Shown here: positions 49,558-58,308 of the stretch, piece after piece
How positions within the stretch are numbered: position 1 is the stretch's first letter
Layout of the letters: every line of letters begins with the position of its first letter
From: a virus
Strand: one strand, 5' to 3'
IMG/VR virus record: IMGVR_UViG_3300007517_000007
Span: 7,285 to 71,284 of that record
DNA length: 64,000 nucleotides
Program-made: the position numbers and the translations under genes
Notes under the pieces: model-generated
Told to the model about the DNA's origin: nothing
The model's input: only the letters and a program-made list of their open reading frames with translations
Database searches by the model: none

Positions 49558-49814
49558 GCTGGATCGACTCCAAGGTGGACTACACGCGACACGTCCGACT
49601 CTCCACCACTGTCGACTCGATCGAAGCGGCGTTCGCGTTCGTGCTCAACGCCATCGACGACGAAACCATCGAGATGCCAGTCATCACGATCGAACCGACC
49701 ATGACCTACAGCGACGACGACACCGACGGTGTAGTGCGCTACGACGTAGCAGTCGCCGGTCACGCCCACAGACGCAACGAAGGGGTCAGGCCTGTCTCCC
49801 CGGACATGGCCTGA
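49554..49814 (+). CDS. Hypothetical protein
   Basis: GTGA coupling. Confidence 0.45.
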   Translation: MSWIDSKVDYTRHVRLSTTVDSIEAAFAFVLNAIDDETIEMPVITIEPTMTYSDDDTDGVVRYDVAVAGHAHRRNEGVRPVSPDMA

Positions 49815-49825
49815 CCCCTACCGTT

Positions 49826-50245
49826 TCAGATTCCTTTGGTCGGTGCCAGCTTCGCGTTCATGTCGACAGGCTTGTAGAACCCGAGGTACGACGCCACCGA
49901 GATCGCCATACCGACCAGTGCGGCGATGAGGGTCTCCTCGGAGAACACCGACGAACCGTCCGAGGTGATTGCCCCGACGACAGCGGCGTTGATGAGGTTG
50001 AGAATGAGGGTGACGAGACCCTTGATCTGGCCGGACGTGTTCAGCTTCGTGACGATCCCCGTGACGATTGGGATGAACACCGAGATCAGCAGGGTGACGG
50101 ACAACGCCGACAGACCGATCGACGCGACGGTGTCACCCGGGTCGACGACACCGTCAGCGGCCGCAGCGAAGCTGGGGAACATGAGGGTGTAGAGCGCGAC
50201 GAGCAAGGCCACGAAGACCAGGCGCAGGATGTGTAGACGGAGCAT
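49826..50245 (-). CDS. Holin-like membrane protein
   Basis: Multiple TM segments; IPIVTGIVTK...SYLGFYKP. Confidence 0.65.
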   Translation of the reverse strand: MLRLHILRLVFVALLVALYTLMFPSFAAAADGVVDPGDTVASIGLSALSVTLLISVFIPIVTGIVTKLNTSGQIKGLVTLILNLINAAVVGAITSDGSSVFSEETLIAALVGMAISVASYLGFYKPVDMNAKLAPTKGI

Positions 50246-50441
50246 GAAGCTGGTTCCTTTCCGGACCGACACGGTGACGGTGCCGACGACCAGCTTGGCA
50301 CAGACGTGCGTCATGTGGTAGCTCTCGTGGTTGCTCCGAGATCATGTCGGGCATGGCCGTGCATGAGCCGGACTCAGTGGCCCACCACCTTCGGGCAGGC
50401 CTGGTACCTGCATCTGCTCCGGCGCGGCCTCAGAGACCCGT

Positions 50442-50771
50442 CTACAACGGTTCGTACGACGCCTCGAAGATTGACGGCTTCACCGGGTAGAACTCCCCCA
50501 CGATTCCCCTGACGACGTAATCGCCGGGCGACGCCTTCATCGTCCCTTCGAGCGTGTCGATCGCCAGGAACGCTGGGGTCACTATGACGTTGATGTCGTC
50601 CGGCCGGAACGGGGCGATGCCTTCACGGGTCTCCTCGTGGTAGCGGGCGGTCCCGTCACATTCCAGGATCCAGTTGATGATCGGGGTGGCAGCTTCGACG
50701 GTGCCGTCCCAGAGGACGGCCTCGCACTCCACCGGGCGTTTCCGATACCGGCGACGAACTGGGACGGTCAC
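50442..50771 (-). CDS. Widespread small phage protein (KRPV.EA / TLEG / GEFYP.KP family)
   Basis: RKRPVECEA...TLEG...GDYVVRG..GEFYPVKPSIFEASYE. Confidence 0.75.
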   Translation of the reverse strand: MTVPVRRRYRKRPVECEAVLWDGTVEAATPIINWILECDGTARYHEETREGIAPFRPDDINVIVTPAFLAIDTLEGTMKASPGDYVVRGIVGEFYPVKPSIFEASYEPL

Positions 50772-51073
50772 GCGTTGACCGCCCGAATCCGATCCAACAT
50801 CGCCCGTTGCTCCCGGTCGACGGCAGCCAGGTCAATGCCGAAGAACTCGGCGAGCAACGTGTTGATCTGGAACGACGCCGGAATGAACCGCTCCGACATC
50901 TCACAGTCCTCGGGGCGCGCCGAACACGCGTGCTGCATGTCCCGCTCAGCTTCGAGGCAGAAACGCGTTGCGATGGTCAGTCCCTTCGACGGGAGCCACT
51001 CGATGAAATCACCGATGGCTTGCGACTGCTCATGAACCGCTGCGACCTTGTCGCACTCCGGGTGATCACTCAC
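50768..51073 (-). CDS. Hypothetical protein
   Basis: SQAIGDFIEWL...LLAEFFGID. Confidence 0.6.
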   Translation of the reverse strand: MSDHPECDKVAAVHEQSQAIGDFIEWLPSKGLTIATRFCLEAERDMQHACSARPEDCEMSERFIPASFQINTLLAEFFGIDLAAVDREQRAMLDRIRAVNA

Positions 51074-51350
51074 GACGCGCCGCCGCTGGCTCGGCTTCGC
51101 CGTCAGCCTCAGCGAGCGCCTCAGCGTCCGTGGTGAGGTCGAGGGTTTCGTCGTCGGCGATGATCTGCGGCGAACCGGCGGTGACCTCGACGTCCATCTC
51201 GCCGTCAGGCTCGACGCAGGCGAACGGGTCCGCAGCGTCGGAGATCGACTTGCCGAGACGGAACATGGCGTCCTGCATGTTCTTCGCTTCGATCTTGTGG
51301 TCGACGACGACGGTTGCGGTGTGGGTGACTGGGATCAGGTATGTCTTCAT
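51066..51350 (-). CDS. Hypothetical protein, leaderless
   Basis: Promoter at 51358-51378, 7 nt before the ATG. Confidence 0.55.
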   Translation of the reverse strand: MKTYLIPVTHTATVVVDHKIEAKNMQDAMFRLGKSISDAADPFACVEPDGEMDVEVTAGSPQIIADDETLDLTTDAEALAEADGEAEPAAARRE

Positions 51351-51381
51351 GCCTGTCATTGTCGCACAGGCACCGACAGTT

Positions 51382-51951
51382 TCAGCTGGTTCGGTCGAAG
51401 TGTTCGTACACCCGTCTGGCGGACTCCCGGTACGACAGGCCACCGTCCGGGTCGTTCATCTTCCCGCACCACAACGCGTGGTCCTCGTGGTGGCCCCAGC
51501 CACCCATGACAGACCGGAGCGCGCACTCGACGTGCATCGGCTTGAGGCCGTCGGCGGTGTGCACTGGGAACGGGCTCGTCGGCTCACCCGGAAGCACCGG
51601 TTCGCTGCACATCGCGCAGTCGTCGGGTGTGACGTCCAGCTCGATCTTGTACGGCGGCGGCGGATCATCCACGCCAAGAACAGGCTGGACACCGATCCAG
51701 TTCTCATAGAACATGGTGAAGTCGTTGTGAGCGAACGACTCTGCGCGAACGACGCCGAGATCGAGTGGCGTGATCGGCCCGAGGTCGAGCATTCCCTGCT
51801 CGATGCCGCCGCCGAACGTGTGGTCGCAGTCCCAGCAGCGCCACTCGAAGGACTTGGCTTGACCTCGCCGGGTCGTGTCGACGACTCGGTAACGGTTCAT
51901 CATCAGCGAGCACGTCGGGCACACGAACAACGACACAGTGTCCTCAGACAT
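51382..51951 (-). CDS. Zinc-finger-rich hypothetical protein
   Basis: CPTC, CWDC, CAMC, HVEC. Confidence 0.55.
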   Translation of the reverse strand: MSEDTVSLFVCPTCSLMMNRYRVVDTTRRGQAKSFEWRCWDCDHTFGGGIEQGMLDLGPITPLDLGVVRAESFAHNDFTMFYENWIGVQPVLGVDDPPPPYKIELDVTPDDCAMCSEPVLPGEPTSPFPVHTADGLKPMHVECALRSVMGGWGHHEDHALWCGKMNDPDGGLSYRESARRVYEHFDRTS

Positions 51952-52882
51952 CGGGGTAGTTCGTCCAGGTTCGGCCGTCCAGCTCGTTGCCGTGCCGCGA
52001 CTTGCGGGCGAAGTTCATCAGCACAGCACCGTCTCTGGCCCACGGCTGCCAGCGGCCTCCGAGATCCACGTACCGGGAATCCCGGTACGGGTGCCCGCCC
52101 GGGCCCCACGCACCCCACTGCTTGAAGAACAGTGCGGTGTCGGTCTCGGTCGCCTGGTCGCGTAGGTCACGGACCCATTCAGGGTGCATCGGGCGGACAT
52201 CGGCGACCGGGCCCGACTCGCCGCCGACGATCAGCCAGTCGATGCCGGTCAGATCCAACGAGGGCAGCGGCCCGAGCAACGGTTCGGCTGAGATGAACCG
52301 GACTGCGGCCCCGCACCGGCGGAGATGGTCGGCACGGAACGTGTACATGTCGGACTCGATCGACGTGCCCAACCAGATGTTCGACGGCCACTGGAAGTCC
52401 GGGTCGGTCATCCCGCCGGGCATCACCGAGAACCCGCGCGACATCAGCGCAGCGTTCACGTCCAGACGGAACATCGGGTCGGCGAGCACGGCGCGCATGA
52501 TCTGCGGGCGTTTCGTCAGGATCTGGAACGTGTGCTGCGATGCTGCGGCCATCGTCGCGAACACCTGCGCGAGGAACGGGTACCCGTTGACGTTCTCGGC
52601 CTGACCGATGCCAGGGTGGAACAGGTCCGACATCGAGTTCACGAACACCCTACGCGGCCGCTTCCACCGCAACGGCCGGTCGATCAGGTCAGCGTGGGCC
52701 GTGAACCCGAACCCCGGCCCCGAGGTCCGGGGATCACCGTCGTTCTGATACTTGGCCGAACCCATCGCTTTCAACCGGGCGGACATCGGCATCGCGTAGC
52801 AGTTGTCGCAGCCAGCCGACACCTTGTCGCAGCCCGTTGTCGGGTTCCATGTCTCCTCGGTCCACTCGATCTTGGATCCCAT
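51944..52882 (-). CDS. DUF5131 / Gp37Gp68 family protein (radical-SAM-like)
   Basis: IEWT..TWNP.TGCDKVSAGCDNCYA, VNSMSDLFH, LTKRP, GGESG, FFKQWG. Confidence 0.92.
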   Translation of the reverse strand: MGSKIEWTEETWNPTTGCDKVSAGCDNCYAMPMSARLKAMGSAKYQNDGDPRTSGPGFGFTAHADLIDRPLRWKRPRRVFVNSMSDLFHPGIGQAENVNGYPFLAQVFATMAAASQHTFQILTKRPQIMRAVLADPMFRLDVNAALMSRGFSVMPGGMTDPDFQWPSNIWLGTSIESDMYTFRADHLRRCGAAVRFISAEPLLGPLPSLDLTGIDWLIVGGESGPVADVRPMHPEWVRDLRDQATETDTALFFKQWGAWGPGGHPYRDSRYVDLGGRWQPWARDGAVLMNFARKSRHGNELDGRTWTNYPDV

Positions 52883-53403
52883 CAGAACAGTCTGTCCGAC
52901 GGAGCCTCGTCCACCGGCGCGACGTGAGGGACGTCGAGGTCGTCGAACGTGGTGAGCGCGTCGAGCAGGTCCGACGCCAGGTAGTAGGCGTGCCCGTCGA
53001 ACCGGACGTGCTCGACGCATTCATGCTCGACATGTTCGCAGCGGGCGACTCTCGCGAGGACGGTGTCTTCGACGCGTCGTGCCGGTGGTGTGACGTGCCC
53101 GGGTTTCCAGCATTCGGCCCAACGGCCAGTCGTGTTCAGATGCCGGATCTGACCGTTGATGTCGAACGCCGGGACGAGTCGGCCGTGTTCCTCGCGCAGT
53201 GTGCGAACGACACGACGGCACGACTCCTCAGACCCGTACCCGGCCGCTGAGAGGCCCTGAGCCATCTCCAGGTCGGTCGCCGGGCACATCGGGCCCACCC
53301 ATGCCAGGACACGCTCGTGGCGTTCCGTGAGGGTCGTATCGACCATCGACGCCGACATCTGAGACGTCTCGCCGTCACCCGTGCGGGACAGATGCCGGTT
53401 CAT
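52882..53403 (-). CDS. Hypothetical protein with possible winged helix
   Basis: SRTGD.ETS..SA; TDLEM motif. Confidence 0.5.
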   Translation of the reverse strand: MNRHLSRTGDGETSQMSASMVDTTLTERHERVLAWVGPMCPATDLEMAQGLSAAGYGSEESCRRVVRTLREEHGRLVPAFDINGQIRHLNTTGRWAECWKPGHVTPPARRVEDTVLARVARCEHVEHECVEHVRFDGHAYYLASDLLDALTTFDDLDVPHVAPVDEAPSDRLF

Positions 53404-53711
53404 TCGGACAGCCCGAGGTCCACGGACGGTGGCTCCATTTCGGACTCCCGGGCTGCCCGCTCCAGGTCTACAGCGGTCGCCGCGCAGTTCGAGAACCAGC
53501 CGATCATCAGCCCCTGGTCGATCTCTGGGCGGACCTTCGCGAACTCTGCTGCCCACACATGGGAATCCGTCGTCGAACGCAGCAACGCCTCGTTGACGAT
53601 CACCTTGTCGACGGTCGTCCGGACGTTTTCCGATCCGTAGACCTGAGTCAGATGCCGGAGCGCTGAGACCAGTTGCTTTTCGATGACACGATCGGCGACG
53701 ACGTCGGTCAT
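53400..53711 (-). CDS. Hypothetical protein
   Basis: D..VWAAEF...MIGWFSN; coupled ORF. Confidence 0.5.
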   Translation of the reverse strand: MTDVVADRVIEKQLVSALRHLTQVYGSENVRTTVDKVIVNEALLRSTTDSHVWAAEFAKVRPEIDQGLMIGWFSNCAATAVDLERAARESEMEPPSVDLGLSE

Positions 53712-53884
53712 CGTGCGGCCAGTTCGGCGTCGAGCCACTGACAGGCGCGGCGGGCCTCGAAGTCGGCGTCCTCTGCCGCCCAACGGGCCACAGTTTCGGC
53801 GTCAGGTGTGTACCGGTGTCCGGCGACAGCGCGACGGATCCGGCGGGCCTGGAGTGGGTGGAGGAGACGGTTTCGCATGGTCAT
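53708..53884 (-). CDS. Small hypothetical protein (58 aa, below the track cutoff)
   Basis: Hand-translated; downstream of the promoter at 53918-53938; ATGA coupling. Confidence 0.45.
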   Translation of the reverse strand: MTMRNRLLHPLQARRIRRAVAGHRYTPDAETVARWAAEDADFEARRACQWLDAELAAR

Positions 53885-53941
53885 GCCCTTTCATCGGCAA
53901 GTTCGGAGTCAACCTTTAGTGTCTCACACCGACCGACACAA

Positions 53942-54232
53942 TCAGTCCGGGTGGTGGTGCACGAAGTCACGGTCGACGTGGCGGGTCCAGCCCGACAACA
54001 CACGCGGGTACGTGCACCACGCCAACACGGCCTCCGGGATCGACCCGTAACACCAGTGCTCCACGTTCGCGCTCTCCGACGTCATCACCGCCAACCGCAC
54101 CGTCGTCAACTGCGGGCGCAGCACCAGCCACTCCGGGCCGACAAGATGACGGGCAGCGAGGTCATGGTACGGGTCGTCGAAATCGACGTTCATCCACGCC
54201 TGCATCCCGTGCGGGAACATCTCGTTGATCAC
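53942..54232 (-). CDS. Hypothetical protein
   Basis: HWCY...A...W...GWTRH. Confidence 0.5.
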   Translation of the reverse strand: MINEMFPHGMQAWMNVDFDDPYHDLAARHLVGPEWLVLRPQLTTVRLAVMTSESANVEHWCYGSIPEAVLAWCTYPRVLSGWTRHVDRDFVHHHPD

Positions 54233-55022
54233 ACTTCACCCCCGATGTGGTTCGGGTCGTACAGCTCGATGCCGATGCCTTTGCGTCCGAGATCGTTCGC
54301 CACGCGCGGGGTCGTCATCGAACCGGCGAACACGTCGAGCACGACGTCGCCGCGTTCTGTCGTCGCGAGGATCGCCCGTTCGGGCAGCGCAGCAGGGAAC
54401 GGCGCGTAATGCCGGACCGCTTTGGCTCCGCGGTGCGGCGCTATGTGCCACACGTCGCCTTTCTCGACGAGCCGTTTCGGGTTGAACCGGTGCCTCGTGT
54501 GCTTCGCCAGCATGAAGATGAACTCGTGAGCGAACAGGGGCCGGTTGGCGTGCTTCAAGCTCTCCGGTTTCACGTTCGGGGACTTGTCCCACACGATCAC
54601 CGACCGCACCAGCCAGCCACGGGCCTGCGCCATCTGAGCGAACAGGAACGGCACCATCATCGCCTGCCCGGTGGCGAGGTCGGCGTAGTCCGGTTTGCCG
54701 TAGTGCGGGATCCAGTGCTTCGAGCCTTTCGTCGCGCCGGTCTTCGCGTGGTCACCGCCAGCGCCGCCTGACCCGGAGCGCTTGTCGCCGATGACGTACC
54801 ACACGGTGGCGTCGTCGTCGGTCACCCGATGAAGCTCGTCGAGCACTGCGCCATCTCGTCGAGGTGATGGTCGATGCTCCCCCACCCGATCTCGTGTTCC
54901 GGGTCGTCGCCGTAGCGGCGTTGCCCGAAGTACGGCGGGGACGTGAACACCATCTGCACCGAGCTGGTCGCCAACGTCGGCAGGATCAGACGGCTGTCAC
55001 CGAACAGTGCCTTGTACGTCAC
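54229..55022 (-). pseudogene. N4-C/N6-A DNA methyltransferase split by a frameshift near 54850
   Basis: TSPPY in 54822-55022; HYAPFP and VLDVFAGSMTT in 54229-54885, another frame. Confidence 0.8.
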
Positions 55023-55219
55023 TCTGAGACGGAGTCCGGGTCGACGAACCGGCGGGGCTCCTCAGACTCATCGGTGTCGTCGTCTTCGTTGCCTTCGGTG
55101 GCTTCGTCGTCGACAGCTTCGTCTTTCTCGTCGTCGGTCATGCCCTCCCACTGGGCCGGGATCTCAGCGGTCGCGCCGTCGTGAATCGGGTCGGTCGGTT
55201 CTGTCGGTGTGTCACTCAT
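55019..55219 (-). CDS. Small acidic protein ending in PRRFVDP
   Basis: Leaderless promoter at 55226-55246; coupled to the methylase. Confidence 0.55.
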   Translation of the reverse strand: MSDTPTEPTDPIHDGATAEIPAQWEGMTDDEKDEAVDDEATEGNEDDDTDESEEPRRFVDPDSVSE

Positions 55220-55246
55220 CCAAACATTGTCTCACACGGGGCGACA

Positions 55247-55555
55247 ATGTGGCAGGCTTGCGAGGTGGGCATCCCGTTGGACATCGAAGGCATCGCCCAA
55301 TGGAAGACCGCGTCGCTGCGGGTTGCTGACCAGTTCCTCGTCGGCGGGGAGGTCCACCCGTTCACGACGTTCCAACTCGATCAGATCCTCGCCGCAGCAC
55401 GCGACGCCGGACTATCCGAGCGCGAGCAAGGGGCGTTCCTGGTGTCCGTCATCGCGTCGGACATGGAGAACCGTGGATGGGCGGGCGTGCCGCGATCGAA
55501 GCAGTTGACGCTCGCGACAGCGTTCGCGATGCGGATGATCCACCCCGACGGTTAG
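55247..55555 (+). CDS. Hypothetical protein (start uncertain)
   Basis: Lone plus-strand ORF downstream of a quasi-palindromic promoter. Confidence 0.5.
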   Translation: MWQACEVGIPLDIEGIAQWKTASLRVADQFLVGGEVHPFTTFQLDQILAAARDAGLSEREQGAFLVSVIASDMENRGWAGVPRSKQLTLATAFAMRMIHPDG

Positions 55556-55689
55556 ACGGTGGGGTCGACGAACCGGCGGGGCTTGGCGGCGGGCTTCGCC
55601 TTGGCCACGGGTGCAGCGTCGGGCGCGCCTTCGAGTTGCTTCGCCTGCCGCTTCCATTCGCCCGGCCCCTTGAACTTGGTCACGATCAC
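55552..55689 (-). CDS. Nested in-frame leaderless 45-aa peptide
   Basis: TGTCGG-N9-TTCAAT at 55697-55717; GTG exactly 7 nt downstream and in frame. Confidence 0.5.
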   Translation of the reverse strand: MIVTKFKGPGEWKRQAKQLEGAPDAAPVAKAKPAAKPRRFVDPTV

Positions 55690-56415
55690 AGAGCCCATTG
55701 AACCATACGGTCCGACAGAAAGTTCTTCCCGGTCGGCGACGTGCGGCGGCCAGTAGCCGTTGCCGTCAGCGAAGTGGTAGGCCCCACCGATCGCGCGTGT
55801 GGCTGCGCCGATCGTGTGGACGTCGGCGAGGTTGTCGACGACAGTGACGGGGTCGAAGTCGATCCGGTCGAGGTCGTCGTCGTGGAACACACCGAGGTAG
55901 TGGTTCTGGCGTTCGAGGACCGTCCGGAACTTCGCCTTGGCCTGGTCCATCGCTGCGTCGAACTGCTCGCGGGAGGCGTCCTCCGGGACGCTCACCGTGT
56001 CGACGCCGTTGTCCTTCACCGTGAGCGCGTACTTGTCTGCGCCGTCGGGAAGGAACTCGCCGGTGCGGGCGTCGATCGTGGCCCCACCCCACGATTTCTG
56101 TGCTTCGACGAAAGCGCGTTGTCGGATCTCGTCCCAGTTCTCGTCGAGTCCGATCGGCTGCGAGTTGGCGGCGAACTCGTCGAGCTGAGCCCGGCCGATA
56201 CGGGCGAGTCGTTGGAACTCGTCTGCTGACACCGGTCGGCTGTCCCCGCGCGCTTCGCTCGCGTTGATCGGCTCGAACTGTGCGCCTCCCCCACGCCGAC
56301 CGTGCGACTGCTGATCGTGCTGGCCCTCAAGATGGAACGTGGCTGTGGTGTCGTCAAGCGGGCCCCTGCGGACCAGCACCCAGCCAAGGTCGGCACTGAT
56401 TCTGGGCACGGTCAC
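55552..56415 (-). CDS. Tagged cargo protein with an unknown domain
   Basis: FHLEGQHDQQSHG tag; WGGATID...YLGVFHD...IDFDP domain. Confidence 0.75.
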   Translation of the reverse strand: MTVPRISADLGWVLVRRGPLDDTTATFHLEGQHDQQSHGRRGGGAQFEPINASEARGDSRPVSADEFQRLARIGRAQLDEFAANSQPIGLDENWDEIRQRAFVEAQKSWGGATIDARTGEFLPDGADKYALTVKDNGVDTVSVPEDASREQFDAAMDQAKAKFRTVLERQNHYLGVFHDDDLDRIDFDPVTVVDNLADVHTIGAATRAIGGAYHFADGNGYWPPHVADREELSVGPYGSMGSVIVTKFKGPGEWKRQAKQLEGAPDAAPVAKAKPAAKPRRFVDPTV

Positions 56416-58307
56416 TGGATCACCTCGGTCTCGATAGCTCTGACCGTCACCCCACCGGCGACATAGTCAGTGACGTTCACGACTCGGTAACGCGTTTCGG
56501 GTGGCATCACCCATTCTCTTTCGTCGATGCCGTCGTCGACCATCGAACCCTGAGCCATGATCGGAAGGGCTTTCGCTCCGTTCGTTTTCACCGACATGAC
56601 CACTCGACGCGTGTCGGGATCCCCGACGATCGGGTTGCGTGCGAAGTCTTGAACGATTCGTTTCTCTTGCGTCGTGGACATAAACCCGGGGCTCTCGAAC
56701 TCGTCACCGACACGCATCTGGAACTCCGGCCATCCAGAGGCTGACGCCGCCTGACCGCGATACACGTACTCGGGGGCCGTCTGACCGTACTTGTCGATTC
56801 CTTCGGTCAGTGCCTGCACCCTCCCCGGCAAACTGTCGGCAGCTCTCGCCTGACGTTCGGCCTCGATCCGCTGATTGAACGGGCCCGCTTCCTCCGGTGT
56901 CAGTGCCCGGTGGACCACGTCCTTCCGACGAAAATCGACCGGGATGAGCGTCCCGTCAGCTTCGACCATCACCCACGTCGCCGGGCCGTGAGCGGCAGAG
57001 AGCGGTTGAAGCGGCGGGATCTCCCCGGTCCGCAGATAGGTGTTCATCTGGTGCGAGATGCCGCCCCGGTACGCGTGGTGGGCGTCAGTGAACTCGGGAT
57101 CCTCGGATGACGCTGCGTACAGCTTAGACGTGGCGGTCTCATGCCGTCCAGGCCAAGCGCCGGACGGGAGGCTCTGGGAAGCAGCAAAGACAAGCTCGCC
57201 GTCGTCGATGTCACCCAAGTCGACAATGGTGGCGCTACCAGACCCGGCCCCTCCACGCCGACCGTGCGACTGCTGATCGTGTTGGCCCTGGAGATGGAAC
57301 ACCTCGACCGACGCCGCCATCTCGTCGCCGTCTTCCTCCCAGTCGACCGGGCCGTCACGCCGACCGGCGGACTTCCTTCGCCAATACTCCTCAGCGGCCT
57401 CCGGCGACAACCACTTCGGGTCGATGCCACCTCGACTGTCGATCTCGTTGATCGTCTCCCACCGACCGACGGAGTTGCGAGGCTGATTCGGATCGAACCG
57501 GAACACGGCGATTCCCAGCTCGTCGCGAAGGCTCGGGTAACGCCGGTACAGCTCCTCCGCACCGGCACCGAACCCGTCGCTGTCCTGCCCCCACACCGAC
57601 TCCCAATGGCCCCCAACTTTGACCTGGACGTCGATGATGTCGACGGGGGTGCGGCCGTCGACACAGACCTCCATTTCGCCTCCGACCATGCTTCCCTGAC
57701 GGTTCCGGTCGACCGAGTTGCCGTCAGCGTCGACGAACGCTGTGCGGCCGTCGGGGGTGTCGACCTCTTGGACGAGGATGTCGGACTGACGGGCCCTGGC
57801 CGTGACCTTCACGACCAGATTCATGCCCCTCCCGGCGTTCACCGACTCGGCGACGCCTTCGCGTGTGGTCCATGACTGGCCGAGCCCGCTCAGCGACTCG
57901 ATGCGCTGATGGCCCTCGAAGCCGAGTAGCTGGTCGGCGATGATCGGCCCGAGCTGGAGGTGCTGGTTGAACTCGTCGGGCTCCGCCCCCGAGTACATCT
58001 GAGTGTCGATGCGCCGTTTCAGGTCGTCAGACACGTTGATCGCAAGGCCGCGGTGCATGACCGGACCATCGAACTTCGACTGGTTGACACCCCGCCGGGC
58101 GGCCTTCGCTACGCGTTCGGTCTCCGCTGCCGCTGCACCCTTGTACTGGCCTCCACCGGATCCGCCGCCCCAGCGGCCACCGTCCGACGAACCAGCGGGA
58201 ACACGAGGCTGATTCTCGTCGAACGCCAGCTCCGCCGTGGCGGTCAGGGTGTCGCGCATCCAGTCGGGGCCGCCCACCATCGGGTCGTCGATGTTGATGA
58301 TCATCAC
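56412..58307 (-). CDS. Tagged polyvalent protein with two ADP-ribosyltransferase domains
   Basis: HRGL/QSWTT/EMEV and MNTYLR/VYRG/FMSTT/EREW (VIP2-like); three tags. Confidence 0.8.
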   Translation of the reverse strand: MMIINIDDPMVGGPDWMRDTLTATAELAFDENQPRVPAGSSDGGRWGGGSGGGQYKGAAAAETERVAKAARRGVNQSKFDGPVMHRGLAINVSDDLKRRIDTQMYSGAEPDEFNQHLQLGPIIADQLLGFEGHQRIESLSGLGQSWTTREGVAESVNAGRGMNLVVKVTARARQSDILVQEVDTPDGRTAFVDADGNSVDRNRQGSMVGGEMEVCVDGRTPVDIIDVQVKVGGHWESVWGQDSDGFGAGAEELYRRYPSLRDELGIAVFRFDPNQPRNSVGRWETINEIDSRGGIDPKWLSPEAAEEYWRRKSAGRRDGPVDWEEDGDEMAASVEVFHLQGQHDQQSHGRRGGAGSGSATIVDLGDIDDGELVFAASQSLPSGAWPGRHETATSKLYAASSEDPEFTDAHHAYRGGISHQMNTYLRTGEIPPLQPLSAAHGPATWVMVEADGTLIPVDFRRKDVVHRALTPEEAGPFNQRIEAERQARAADSLPGRVQALTEGIDKYGQTAPEYVYRGQAASASGWPEFQMRVGDEFESPGFMSTTQEKRIVQDFARNPIVGDPDTRRVVMSVKTNGAKALPIMAQGSMVDDGIDEREWVMPPETRYRVVNVTDYVAGGVTVRAIETEVIQ

Positions 58308-58308
58308 G

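Noticed and set aside
50442-50771. Named anti-defence sponge protein
   Set aside because: The family is recognisable, but I cannot assign it to a characterised Acb/Tad protein without a search.
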